Below, piece by piece: positions 15,507 through 24,247 of a stretch of 32,000 nt of DNA; position 1 is the stretch's first letter, and each line of letters starts with the position of its first letter. Made by a program: the position numbers and the translations under genes. Source of the stretch: an uncultured Erysipelotrichaceae bacterium (GTDB taxonomy: Bacteria > Bacillota_I > Bacilli_A > Erysipelotrichales > Erysipelotrichaceae); assembly GCA_942492995.1 (NCBI GenBank), contig OW818653.1:510001-542000 (forward strand). The letters are read 5' to 3'. The notes below the pieces were generated by a model, which worked only from the letters and a program-made list of their open reading frames with translations, ran no database searches and was not told the DNA's origin.

Positions 15507-16778
15507 TTATCTTATTTGTCCATTTCCATAAATCAAGTATTTATAACTGGTTAGTTCTTTTAAGCCCATTGGACCACGAGCATGTAGTTTTTGAGTACTT
15601 ATACCAATTTCAGCTTCAAATCCAAACTCATATCCATCGGTAAATCGAGTAGACGCATTATGGTAAAGTGCTGCAGAATCAATTTCATTCATAAATCGAT
15701 CTACATGATTTTGGTTCTGCGTGATGATTGATTCTGAGTGGTGGGTAGAATATTTCTGTATATGTGTTATTGCCTCATCGAAGTTTTTTACTGATTTTAT
15801 CGCAAGGATTAAGTCAAGGAATTCATTTTCCCAGTCAGATTCTTGAGCCAATACCAAGTTTGGATACAACCTTAGAATATCTTCTGATACTCTTAATTCA
15901 ACCTTATTATCTAAAAGAATAGGTACAATTAATTGAGTAAATTCATTAAGAATAGATTCATGAATCAATACAGTTTCAACCGCATTACATACAGAAGGTC
16001 TTTGAATTTTTGCGTTCAAGATTATTGATTTTGCCATAGCTAGATCAGCGCTGTCATCGACATATATATGACAATTTCCAACACCAGTTTCAATGACTGG
16101 TATCGTAGAGTTTTGCATAACTGTATTGATAAGTGATGCGGATCCACGTGGAATTAAGACATCGATAAATTGATTCATATGCATTAGTTCTAATGCGTAT
16201 CTACGATCGGTATTCTCTATGATTTGAACGACATTTGGATTAACATTATTAATTTGTAATGCTTGTTTTATTAATGATGTGAGATAGATATTTGAATTAA
16301 TGGCTTCTTTACCACCTCTCAAAATGACACTGTTACCAGTCTTAATGCATAGAATACTCGCATCGATTGTGACATTTGGGCGTGATTCATAAATAATAGC
16401 GATAACACCAAGTGGTACACGTTTCTTTTGAATTTCCAATCCATTAGGACGTATAAAGGTTTCCATGATTTCGCCGATTGGATCATTGAGCTGAATGATT
16501 TCTAACACAGAACGTGATAGAGCTTCAATACGTTTTGAGTCAAGTGCTAAACGATCTAATTGAGATACCGTATATCCATTCTTCTTTGCGTTGTTAAGAT
16601 CGAGTAAATTAGCTTCTAAAATATCTTCTTGATGTTCAAGAATTAAATTTGAAAGAGTAAGTAAAATCTTATTCTTATCTTGGCTTGAACATAATTGAAA
16701 AGATAAAGAAGCTTCTTTACATGCTTTAGATTTGAGATAAACCTCAGAGAGATTATTTTCTATGAAAGAGTGTTCCAA
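15507..16778 (-). CDS. proA: Gamma-glutamyl phosphate reductase (glutamate-5-semialdehyde dehydrogenase)
   Basis: ALDH-fold with catalytic Cys in PSVCNAVETVLIH and C-terminal HARGPMGLKELTSYK. The start is TTG (16778-16776) with RBS AAAGGAG 7 nt upstream, overlapping the proB 3' end by 26 nt. Confidence 0.92.
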   Translation of the reverse strand: MEHSFIENNLSEVYLKSKACKEASLSFQLCSSQDKNKILLTLSNLILEHQEDILEANLLDLNNAKKNGYTVSQLDRLALDSKRIEALSRSVLEIIQLNDPIGEIMETFIRPNGLEIQKKRVPLGVIAIIYESRPNVTIDASILCIKTGNSVILRGGKEAINSNIYLTSLIKQALQINNVNPNVVQIIENTDRRYALELMHMNQFIDVLIPRGSASLINTVMQNSTIPVIETGVGNCHIYVDDSADLAMAKSIILNAKIQRPSVCNAVETVLIHESILNEFTQLIVPILLDNKVELRVSEDILRLYPNLVLAQESDWENEFLDLILAIKSVKNFDEAITHIQKYSTHHSESIITQNQNHVDRFMNEIDSAALYHNASTRFTDGYEFGFEAEIGISTQKLHARGPMGLKELTSYKYLIYGNGQIR

Positions 16779-17559
16779 TTTGTTCTCCTTTCAATATCTG
16801 ATATAAAATCTGTGGTGATTGACCATGAGCAATTATCATATTTATGTTCCCATCAAAACAAATTTTAGCCGCATTAATCTTTGTGGCCATTCCGCCTGTT
16901 CCTTTAGTACTAACAACACCTTTAGCAGATTGTGTAACTTCATCATTTAATTCGTAAATATCACTAATTAGTTTAGCGTTTTTATTTAAGTTTGGATCAT
17001 CATTATAGAAACCATCAATATCAGATAATAATATTAATAGATCTGCATTTACCAAAACAGATACGATTGCGGATAATGTATCATTATCTCCGAATGTATG
17101 ATTATCTTGAAACTCAAGTTCTTCGGTAGCGACTGAATCATTTTCATTAACGATTGGAATAATTCCTCTTGTAAGGAGCTCTTCAAATGTATTAATAACA
17201 TTCTTTCTAGAATGTTCATATTCCACAACATCCTTAGTTAGTAGTATTTGACCAACAATATGACCGTATTCAGAGAAGAATTTACTGTATAAGTGCATGA
17301 GTTCTGATTGACCAACGGCTGCGGCAGCTTGTCTTTCGCGTACGGATTTTGGACGAGTATTAAGTTTTAATTTACCCATACCAACGCCTACAGCGCCAGA
17401 TGTGACGAGAATGATTTCTAAACCTTGATTCATTAAGTCAGATAAAACTTCTGAGAGTTTATCAACACGTGCTAGATTTATCTTGCCATTTTCATGTGTC
17501 AGTGTACTAGTCCCAACTTTTACAACGATTCTTTTTGCTTGAGTGATATTTTTTCGCAT
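16753..17559 (-). CDS. proB: Glutamate 5-kinase, short form lacking a PUA domain (268 aa)
   Basis: IVVKVGTSTLT, GDNDTLSA and KGTGGMATK are amino-acid-kinase motifs. RBS AAGGTG. Confidence 0.92.
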   Translation of the reverse strand: MRKNITQAKRIVVKVGTSTLTHENGKINLARVDKLSEVLSDLMNQGLEIILVTSGAVGVGMGKLKLNTRPKSVRERQAAAAVGQSELMHLYSKFFSEYGHIVGQILLTKDVVEYEHSRKNVINTFEELLTRGIIPIVNENDSVATEELEFQDNHTFGDNDTLSAIVSVLVNADLLILLSDIDGFYNDDPNLNKNAKLISDIYELNDEVTQSAKGVVSTKGTGGMATKINAAKICFDGNINMIIAHGQSPQILYQILKGEQIGTLFHRK

Positions 17560-17576
17560 ATAAACACCTTTTTCAA

Positions 17577-17584
17577 ATTATACA
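17577..17584 (-). promoter_or_regulatory. Perfect extended -10 (TGTATAAT) just upstream of proB
   Basis: The minus strand reads TGTATAAT-TTGAAAAAGGTGTTTAT-ATG. It would give a leader of only ~15 nt. No good -35. Confidence 0.4.
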
Positions 17585-17592
17585 CGAAAGCT

Positions 17593-17624
17593 AAAATAAA
17601 AACACTCAAGAAATCTTGAGTGTT
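17593..17624 (-). terminator. Rho-independent terminator after the C26 amidotransferase gene
   Basis: The minus strand reads AACACTCAAG-ATTT-CTTGAGTGTT (10-bp perfect stem) followed by TTTATTTT. Confidence 0.85.
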
Positions 17625-17626
17625 AG

Positions 17627-18310
17627 TTATTTGATACAGCTGGATACGAATCCATTAAATAGGTTTTGAAAGGCAGGAATTGAGCACATACGTTCTGGAT
17701 GCCATTGAACTGCTATAATTCGTTCACTTTCAATCGCTTCGATGAGACCATCTTCACTTTTAGCACTAATCTTAAAATTTGGCGCAAGTTTATCAATTGC
17801 TTGATGATGATAACTATTTACTTCAATTGTTTCATCAAGATAATTCGATAGAATTGAGTTCTTAGAAACGATAATTTTATGAGCGTTTAATGGCTTTTTG
17901 TATGTATAACTAAAACTATGATCAAGTGAATCCTTTTTCTGTAGGTTTATATCTTGAATTAATGTTCCGCCAAAAGCGACATTTATGATCTGTAATCCTC
18001 TACATATTCCAAATATCGGTTTATTCATTTTTTGCATTATTTCTATCGCATCAAGATCGAGTTGTTCAATACCTGCATCAATTATATGTGAGTGTTTATT
18101 CTCTTGACCATATAATGTTGGATTTATATCATCTCCACCTGGAATTACTAATCCATCGCATCGAAATAGTTCAATATAGAGGGATTCTTTGGATTGTGGT
18201 AATAATAATGAGATATCTGCGCCTGCATTTAATAGTGCATTTACATAATCTTGATTAACGGTATAACGTTCATCATTTAAGCGAGTTAATAGTGCAATTC
18301 TTGGTTTCAT
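17627..18310 (-). CDS. Class I glutamine amidotransferase-like, peptidase C26 / gamma-glutamyl-GABA hydrolase (PuuD) family
   Basis: Nucleophile elbow GICRGLQIIN and the His/Glu pair in VQWHPE. Substrate not inferable. Confidence 0.82.
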   Translation of the reverse strand: MKPRIALLTRLNDERYTVNQDYVNALLNAGADISLLLPQSKESLYIELFRCDGLVIPGGDDINPTLYGQENKHSHIIDAGIEQLDLDAIEIMQKMNKPIFGICRGLQIINVAFGGTLIQDINLQKKDSLDHSFSYTYKKPLNAHKIIVSKNSILSNYLDETIEVNSYHHQAIDKLAPNFKISAKSEDGLIEAIESERIIAVQWHPERMCSIPAFQNLFNGFVSSCIK

Positions 18311-18433
18311 AACCTTATTATATATAACTTTTAGAATAGTGCATATTATTTCGTTAAAAAGTCTAAATAGTGTTAAAATAACTTTACCGAATATTAAAAA
18401 CAGACATGTTAAGATAATTAAAAAGGGGAAATT

Positions 18434-19354
18434 ATGCGATTAGGTGTAATAGACTTAGGTTCAAATACCATCCGTCTCGTAGTATATCGTTGGGATGGTC
18501 TACATTTAGAGACTTTATATAATATAAAGAGACAAACTCAGAGTATAAAGTATGTTAAGAATGCGATGATGAGTAAAGAAGGTTTAGACTCAGTTGTTTT
18601 ATCTGTTAAAGAATTAATGGTTATTGCGCGTGCGTATGATGTTGAAAAATTAAATATTTTTGCGACTGCGTCACTTAGAAATATTAAGAATTCGGATGAA
18701 GCTGTTTCTTATATTCAGAATGAAATCGATTTTCCATTAGATTTACTTGATGGAAATGAAGAAAGTTTATTTGGATTTGAAGGAATGCGTAGAACGATAA
18801 ATCTTCCTATGGAAGGAATTAGTGTTGATATTGGTGGTGCATCCACTGAGATAACTTATTTCAAGAATAATAAGGCAGTTTTTATGGGTTCATTACCAAT
18901 GGGAAGTTTGAATCTTTTTATTCAACATGTCCATAATGTATTACCTACTGAATCTGAACAGTTCTTAATGCGATTAGAAATTCAGAATCATTTAGATTCA
19001 TTAGTTTGGCTAAAATCAGTTAAAGTAAATACAGTGATTGGGATTGGTGGATCTGCACGTGCGATTATGCGACTACATCAAGCTAAATATGATATTAATA
19101 CTTCAATTTATGATATGCAGTTAAGTGCTAAATTAATTAGTGGTTATGCTAATTTTATTGCGAATCAAAAAGATGAAGAAACACGTCTAATCTTAAAGGC
19201 AATTCCTGATCGTTTATCGACTGTAATTCCTGGTGCTATTATTGTGGATGAAATTATGAAGTTGGTGAATGCACAGGATTATATGTTGTCGTTATATGGT
19301 GTTAGAGAAGGGTATTTGTTTAATCGAATTTTGTCATTGGATACAAACAATTAG
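18434..19354 (+). CDS. Ppx/GppA-family phosphatase (ASKHA fold), short single-module form
   Basis: RBS AAAGGGG. VIDLGSNTIRLVVY phosphate-1 motif, DIGGASTE phosphate-2 motif. Confidence 0.82.
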   Translation: MRLGVIDLGSNTIRLVVYRWDGLHLETLYNIKRQTQSIKYVKNAMMSKEGLDSVVLSVKELMVIARAYDVEKLNIFATASLRNIKNSDEAVSYIQNEIDFPLDLLDGNEESLFGFEGMRRTINLPMEGISVDIGGASTEITYFKNNKAVFMGSLPMGSLNLFIQHVHNVLPTESEQFLMRLEIQNHLDSLVWLKSVKVNTVIGIGGSARAIMRLHQAKYDINTSIYDMQLSAKLISGYANFIANQKDEETRLILKAIPDRLSTVIPGAIIVDEIMKLVNAQDYMLSLYGVREGYLFNRILSLDTNN

Positions 19355-19364
19355 AAAGATCAAA

Positions 19365-20180
19365 ATGAAAACTATATTTTTAGATATTGATGGCACACTT
19401 GTCGCGGATAAAGGTACAGTACCAGAATCTGCGATTGTCGCAATTAAAGAAGCTCAAAAGAATAATCATAAAGTAATATTGTGTACAGGGCGTGCTATGG
19501 CGGAAATCTATCAACCGATACTTGATATAGGGTTTGATGGAATTATCGCGTGTGGTGGCAATTACGTTGAGACTAGAGGCGAAATTTTGTTTGAACGTGC
19601 ATTTAGTAGATATGAATTAGAAGAATTGTATACGTATTTTTATTCACATAACATACCATTTTATGCGGAAGCGAATTCGGGGATATACACAAGTATTGGA
19701 TGTATGGACTTTTTAGGTAATTTAGCGAAACAAATTGAGAGTACATCTACGAAAGAATCAATTGAGCACTTTATGTCTCATCTAATTGATGGGACTGATT
19801 TATATCGAAGTGATGTAAATAAGATTTCATTCTTAGGTTCAAATCATCCATATAATGAAATTGATCAACACTTTAATTCGAAATACGAGTTATTCGATTT
19901 AGTTGTGCCACTTTTTGGAAAGAATAGCGGTGAAATATCGATCAAAGGTACTGATAAAGTAACTGGTATTAAAATGATAATGGATCATTATCAGTGTGAT
20001 CATGAACATACAATTGCGGTTGGGGACGGGAATAATGATATTAGTATGTTAAATTACGTTGAAGTTGGAGTTGCGATGGGTAATGCGACTGATCGTTTAA
20101 AATCAATTGCGACACATATTACAGATGATGTAAATGATGATGGTTTAGCCAAAGCATTTCATTATTTAGAATTGTGTTAA
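19365..20180 (+). CDS. Cof-type HAD-IIB family phosphatase
   Basis: MKTIFLDIDGTLV (motif I DxDGT) and VGDGNNDISM (motif IV). The track start 19269 overlaps ppx by 86 nt and adds a non-homologous Cys-rich extension, so ATG 19365 is preferred. Confidence 0.85.
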   Translation: MKTIFLDIDGTLVADKGTVPESAIVAIKEAQKNNHKVILCTGRAMAEIYQPILDIGFDGIIACGGNYVETRGEILFERAFSRYELEELYTYFYSHNIPFYAEANSGIYTSIGCMDFLGNLAKQIESTSTKESIEHFMSHLIDGTDLYRSDVNKISFLGSNHPYNEIDQHFNSKYELFDLVVPLFGKNSGEISIKGTDKVTGIKMIMDHYQCDHEHTIAVGDGNNDISMLNYVEVGVAMGNATDRLKSIATHITDDVNDDGLAKAFHYLELC

Positions 20181-20190
20181 GGAGGAAAAA

Positions 20191-21000
20191 ATGGAGTATT
20201 TTACATTAGTAAATGGTGTTAAGATCCCGGCATTGGGATTTGGTACATGGCAAGTTAAAGGTGAGGATTGTTTCAATGCGGTAAGCGAAGCATTACGTGT
20301 TGGATATCGACATATTGATACAGCATGGATTTATCGTAATGAAAAAGAAGTGGGTAGAGCCTTAAAGGAAAGTGGTATCAAACGTGAAGAATTATTCATC
20401 ACTACTAAATGTTGGAATGATCATAGAGGATATGAACGAACTCTAAAAGCATTTGAAGAATCGTGTACTAACTTACAACTTGATTATTTAGATTTGTACT
20501 TATTACATTGGCCAAAAGAATTAGATAAAGAGAGTTGGAGAGCGATTGAAGAACTCTATCAATTAGGCAAGATTCGAGCAATTGGTGTTAGTAATTATCA
20601 CCAACATCATTTATTGGATTTATTTAAAACAGCTAAAATTAAACCAATGGTCGATCAAGTAGAATTCCATCCTAAATTGACACAAGCAAGTCTACATCAA
20701 TTTCTTAAATCAGAAAATATTCAAATGGAATCATGGAGTCCATTAATGCGTGGACAAATTCTTGATATTCCAACTTTACAAGAATTATCGAAAAAATATC
20801 AGCGAAGTATTACACAAATTGTATTGCGTTGGAATATCCAAAAGGGAATTGTTGTTATACCTAAATCGATAACCCCATCACGGATTAAAGAAAACTTTGA
20901 GATATTTGATTTCGAATTAGACAAAGAAGACATCTTACTAATTGATGCCCTAAATGAGAATATACGTACTGGAGCAGATCCAGATAATTTCGATTTTTAA
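20191..21000 (+). CDS. Aldo-keto reductase (2,5-diketo-D-gluconate/glyoxal reductase-like, YvgN/YtbE type)
   Basis: RBS AAGGAGG. GFGTWQ, IDTAWIYRNE (Asp/Tyr), TTKCW (Lys), LHWP (His) form the AKR catalytic tetrad. Confidence 0.9.
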   Translation: MEYFTLVNGVKIPALGFGTWQVKGEDCFNAVSEALRVGYRHIDTAWIYRNEKEVGRALKESGIKREELFITTKCWNDHRGYERTLKAFEESCTNLQLDYLDLYLLHWPKELDKESWRAIEELYQLGKIRAIGVSNYHQHHLLDLFKTAKIKPMVDQVEFHPKLTQASLHQFLKSENIQMESWSPLMRGQILDIPTLQELSKKYQRSITQIVLRWNIQKGIVVIPKSITPSRIKENFEIFDFELDKEDILLIDALNENIRTGADPDNFDF

Positions 21001-21022
21001 AAGCCGATTTCTCGGCTTTTTT
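21001..21022 (+). terminator. Rho-independent terminator after the AKR gene (may also serve the convergent hydrogenase gene weakly)
   Basis: AAGCCGA-TTTC-TCGGCTT followed by TTTT. The T-run on the minus strand is poor. Confidence 0.75.
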
Positions 21023-21024
21023 AT

Positions 21025-22494
21025 TTAATGTTCGTGATGTCTATGAACGTTGATATCACTGAAATCATACAGTTCTAATGTTTTCTTAATCGAACGTGTA
21101 ATATCAGGTGCGTTTTCTTTATCAACTTTAACTTTAACTTTTATTGAGTTATCGATTACGGCTGGACCATTTGCACATCCACCCTTACAAGACATACCTT
21201 CACAGATATTAGCAGGATAACGACCAGCTTTAATAATCATCATGGCCTTCTTACATTCATGAATTCCATCTGCGTATTGAGCAGTAAACGGCATATTATC
21301 ATCTTCTTTAAATGCTTGAACAAGTGCTTTTGAAACACCACCACCAAACGCAAAGTTACGTGCAAATATACTTGCTTCAACATTTTTTTCAACGACGAGT
21401 TCTGATAAGTAAATATGTTGCGATACGAGCATTGCGGCGATTTCTTCATAGGTTAAGACATAATCAACTTCATGACCATCCATACCTTCTTGTTTCTTCG
21501 CAACACATGGACCAATGAATACAACTGAATAGTCTGGATAACGTTTTTTAATATAACGTGCCATCGCAACCATTGGAGAAACCATCGTAGACATATTCTT
21601 TTCATAGACTTGAGGGAAATGTTGACGAGCTAGATTAACAAATGCTGGGCAACATGATGTCGTCATAGTTGTATTTTCAGCCATTTTTTCTTTAAGTTCA
21701 TCTTTTTCATACCAAGCTACAATATCAGCCCCAACCGCAACTTCTACAACTTCCGCAAAACCAAGTTTTTTAATTCCAACTTTAATTTGATCGAGTGTTG
21801 CACTATCGAATTGTCCTTGAATGGATGGCGCTATCATCGCAACAGTAGGCTTACCTTGCTTAATACCATCAATGACATTAACAATCCATGATTGATCTTC
21901 AATCGCTCCAAATGGACATGCGGATTGACATGCGGCACAATTAATACATTTTTCTTCATTAATCTGCGCAATATTATGTGCATCTAATGTAATCGCATCG
22001 ACAGCACAGGATGCTTTACAAGGTCTTGGTGTATCGATTATCGCATTGAATGGACATGCTTTAACACATGCACCACATTCAACACATTTTTCATGATCAA
22101 TTACTGCACGATTTGAACCCATTGAAATGGCATCAAACTTACATGCACTACGACAACTCTTTGCCATACATTTACGACAGTTATCAGTAATTTGGATTCT
22201 TTCAATTGTACAACCATCGCATGCGGCTTCTAATACTTTAACAATTTGTTTTGGCTTAATTTCTGAGTTTAATTTTGGGGTAGGGTTTTTGCCCATAGCG
22301 ACACGTACACGTTGACGAATTATTTCACGTTCTTTATACACGCAGCATCTAAATTCCGCATGATTATGTGGAATTAATTTATACGCTAATTCATCATCAA
22401 ATTTATCTGTTAATGTTCCATCAAATGCTTTAATAGATACTTCTCTTAATACATCAAATTTAAACTGTCTAGCTTCATGATCGAATAGTCCCAT
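21025..22494 (-). CDS. [FeFe]-hydrogenase-like protein with N-terminal ferredoxin-type clusters (489 aa)
   Basis: H-cluster signatures TSCCPAF (L1), GPCVAKKQE (L2) and EGMSCKGGCANGP (L3). Two classical CxxCxxCxxxCP motifs (CVECGACVKACP, CINCAACQSACP) plus extra Cys clusters upstream. RBS AAGGGG. Confidence 0.85.
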   Translation of the reverse strand: MGLFDHEARQFKFDVLREVSIKAFDGTLTDKFDDELAYKLIPHNHAEFRCCVYKEREIIRQRVRVAMGKNPTPKLNSEIKPKQIVKVLEAACDGCTIERIQITDNCRKCMAKSCRSACKFDAISMGSNRAVIDHEKCVECGACVKACPFNAIIDTPRPCKASCAVDAITLDAHNIAQINEEKCINCAACQSACPFGAIEDQSWIVNVIDGIKQGKPTVAMIAPSIQGQFDSATLDQIKVGIKKLGFAEVVEVAVGADIVAWYEKDELKEKMAENTTMTTSCCPAFVNLARQHFPQVYEKNMSTMVSPMVAMARYIKKRYPDYSVVFIGPCVAKKQEGMDGHEVDYVLTYEEIAAMLVSQHIYLSELVVEKNVEASIFARNFAFGGGVSKALVQAFKEDDNMPFTAQYADGIHECKKAMMIIKAGRYPANICEGMSCKGGCANGPAVIDNSIKVKVKVDKENAPDITRSIKKTLELYDFSDINVHRHHEH

Positions 22495-22504
22495 TGTTTA
22501 CCCC

Positions 22505-22522
22505 TTGTTAAATGTTTCACAA
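22505..22522. promoter_or_regulatory. Rex-type operator candidate TTGTTAA-ATGT-TTCACAA overlapping the hydrogenase promoter/5' UTR
   Basis: 18-bp site with one arm mismatch from a perfect palindrome. It matches published Rex consensus forms TTGTGAAnnnnTTCACAA / TTGTTAAnnnnTTAACAA. It lies 11-28 nt upstream of the start codon and just downstream of a candidate extended -10 (minus strand TGATATAAA, 22527-22535). Confidence 0.55.
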
Positions 22523-22653
22523 CTATTTTATATCATGATTAAAATATCCAAACAATTAAATAAGGTTATGGAAACGCTAACATTTACATAAGTAATGTAA
22601 AATAATTGAAACAAGAATGAAATTTACTAAATTAATTATAAAATTCACAAGCA

Positions 22654-23508
22654 CTATAATAATGTAGATATTTCTTCATTAAATAAAGTAATTATTGCAT
22701 TATTTTCAAGCTTAACAATCAATTGTCCATTCTTATTAATATCAATGATTTGAACTAATTCTTTGTGATCATTTATTGTGATTTTAACTGAATTTCCTAC
22801 AGGTATCATATGTTGTTTATAGTAATCGATGATATCTATTTTAGTTAGAAAATTATCGATATGATTGAAGAAATGTATGATTAACTTATTACGATCTAAT
22901 TTATTTGTTGATTGTTCTTCAAGGGTTGTGGCAAAGTGTTTTAACGATTCGTTAAATACCTGATTATAAACATTTAAACCCCAACCAATAATAATCGCAT
23001 TTAATGAAGTAGAAGACATATGATAATGTGTTTCGATTAATATACCAGCACATTTTTTCTGACCAATAATTAAATCATTTGGCCATTTAATTTGTGTATC
23101 AATATCAAAACATTCTTTGATACTAAAGTGGAGTGCACATGCTATTTTTAAGTTTATGAGATTTAATACTTCATCTAAGTTATCTTTTAATAGAAACGTA
23201 CAATAAATACCACTATCCGTATTTGATTCAAATGTTCGATCAAATCGACCTCTACCTAAACTTTGATGTTTCGCTAGAATAATTGAACCATGATTTAATT
23301 CATCGATATGTTCTTTTACGTAAGAGTTTGTTGAAGTTATTGTCTCGAAAATAGGGTAAACAATATAACCATTAGTTAGTTTAGAGTTTATTAATTCAGC
23401 ATTCAAAGGGGGTCTATTTTTGATGTTCACGTTGCCATTGTAGTCAAAAAAAGTTGGATTTGCAAACAATGTCACACAAATTTCACAATTACTTTCAACA
23501 AATTTCAA
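22654..23508 (-). CDS. birA: Biotin--[acetyl-CoA-carboxylase] ligase, apparently group I (no recognisable N-terminal HTH)
   Basis: ETITSTNSY, GRGRFDRTF (GRGRxGRxW-type biotin loop) and KWPNDLII. The track start is a TTG without an obvious RBS, and the first ~45 aa are not BPL-like. The true start is uncertain and may be internal. Confidence 0.85.
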   Translation of the reverse strand: MKFVESNCEICVTLFANPTFFDYNGNVNIKNRPPLNAELINSKLTNGYIVYPIFETITSTNSYVKEHIDELNHGSIILAKHQSLGRGRFDRTFESNTDSGIYCTFLLKDNLDEVLNLINLKIACALHFSIKECFDIDTQIKWPNDLIIGQKKCAGILIETHYHMSSTSLNAIIIGWGLNVYNQVFNESLKHFATTLEEQSTNKLDRNKLIIHFFNHIDNFLTKIDIIDYYKQHMIPVGNSVKITINDHKELVQIIDINKNGQLIVKLENNAIITLFNEEISTLL

Positions 23509-23516
23509 TAAAGCAC

Positions 23517-23544
23517 TTTACATTTAATGAACAATGTTTATAAT
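23517..23544 (+). promoter_or_regulatory. Sigma-A promoter candidate for the acpP-acc-fab operon
   Basis: TTTACA (23517-23522)-16 nt-TATAAT (23539-23544), 40 nt upstream of the acpP ATG. Confidence 0.55.
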
Positions 23545-23584
23545 TCAATTTATGTTTCGTTGTGAAACTAAGGAGAAATTTAAA

Positions 23585-23812
23585 ATGTTAGAACAAATCA
23601 AAGAAGTATTAATAAATGCAATTCATGTAGAAGGTGAAAAGATTAAACCAGAAGCTAAATTACGTGAAGATTTGGATATTGATTCATTATCAGCGGTTGA
23701 ATTAGCACTAGAACTTGAAACAAGTTTCGATATACGTATTGAAGATGAAGAATTAGTAAAACTCGTAACTGTTCAAGATGTCGTTGATATCGTTGAGCGT
23801 AAAAAGGCTTAA
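23585..23812 (+). CDS. acpP: Acyl carrier protein
   Basis: ATG 23585 preceded by AAGGAG; the track start 23534 is an upstream extension. LDIDSLSAVELALELE carries the phosphopantetheine Ser (DSL). 75 aa. Confidence 0.92.
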   Translation: MLEQIKEVLINAIHVEGEKIKPEAKLREDLDIDSLSAVELALELETSFDIRIEDEELVKLVTVQDVVDIVERKKA

Positions 23813-23826
23813 TAGCCTTTCTTTTA
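23801..23826 (+). terminator. Weak hairpin plus T-tract straddling the acpP stop (possible attenuating terminator uncoupling acpP from acc/fab)
   Basis: AAAGGCT-TAAT-AGCCTTT (6-7 bp stem) followed by CTTTT. accB starts at 23828 with no recognisable RBS. Confidence 0.35.
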
Positions 23827-23827
23827 T

Positions 23828-24247
23828 ATGGATATCAAAGCATTAGAGAAAATCTTTGAACTTTTTAATCGAAGTCAAGCGACGGAGTTCGAATTAGAAA
23901 CAGAAGAATTCAAAGTTAAATTAAAAAGAGAGTATGAGTTTAACCATCAAGTCGTTAAAGAAGTTAAGATTGCTCAACCTGTAGCGGAAGTTAGTGTTAA
24001 TTCTGGCTTATGGGTTAAAGCACCTTTAGTAGGAACATTCTATTTAAAATCGAATCCTGATGCGAAGCCATATATTGAAGTTGGTCAAAGTGTTATGAAG
24101 GGTCAGGTTCTGTGTTTAATCGAAGCAATGAAAGTTATGAACGAGATAAAAGCGGATCGTAACGGTGTTGTTAGAGAAATAAAGGCGATAAACGGGAAAA
24201 TGGTTGAATTCAATCAAGACATTGTTTTGATTGAGGAAGAGGTATGA
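23828..24247 (+). CDS. accB: Biotin carboxyl carrier protein of acetyl-CoA carboxylase
   Basis: Biotinyl-Lys motif LIEAMKVMNEI. Size and N-terminal segment are typical of AccB. Confidence 0.92.
   Translation: MDIKALEKIFELFNRSQATEFELETEEFKVKLKREYEFNHQVVKEVKIAQPVAEVSVNSGLWVKAPLVGTFYLKSNPDAKPYIEVGQSVMKGQVLCLIEAMKVMNEIKADRNGVVREIKAINGKMVEFNQDIVLIEEEV

Noticed and set aside
16753-16778. The 26-nt proB/proA overlap as a possible frameshift or pseudogene signature
   Set aside because: Both ORFs are full length with intact motifs. The overlap is explained by a TTG start with a strong AAAGGAG RBS.
17560-17626. Looked for a T-box or other leader upstream of proBA
   Set aside because: Only ~35 nt lie between the upstream terminator and the proB start, which cannot accommodate a T-box (~200+ nt).
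19269-19364. Upstream extension of the HAD phosphatase ORF (track start 19269) overlapping ppx by 86 nt
   Set aside because: The extension (MHRIICCRYMVLEKGICLIEFCHW...) is not HAD-like. The canonical N-terminus MKTIFLDIDGTL starts at ATG 19365, right after the ppx stop.
21240-22315. Three short ORFs (21240-21449 minus strand off-frame, 21312-21518 plus strand, 22127-22315 plus strand) overlapping the hydrogenase gene
   Set aside because: All are nested in or antisense to a CDS with intact Fe-S and H-cluster motifs across the same nucleotides. None has a start context.
22633-22650. Second possible Rex site near the birA stop (TTCACAA half-site at 22644-22650)
   Set aside because: Only one half-site matches. 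The partner arm (TAATTAT) does not resemble TTGTGAA or TTGTTAA.
23534-23584. Upstream extension of acpP (track start 23534)
   Set aside because: ATG 23585 has a perfect AAGGAG RBS and yields a standard 75-aa ACP. The extension would cover the RBS and the predicted leader.
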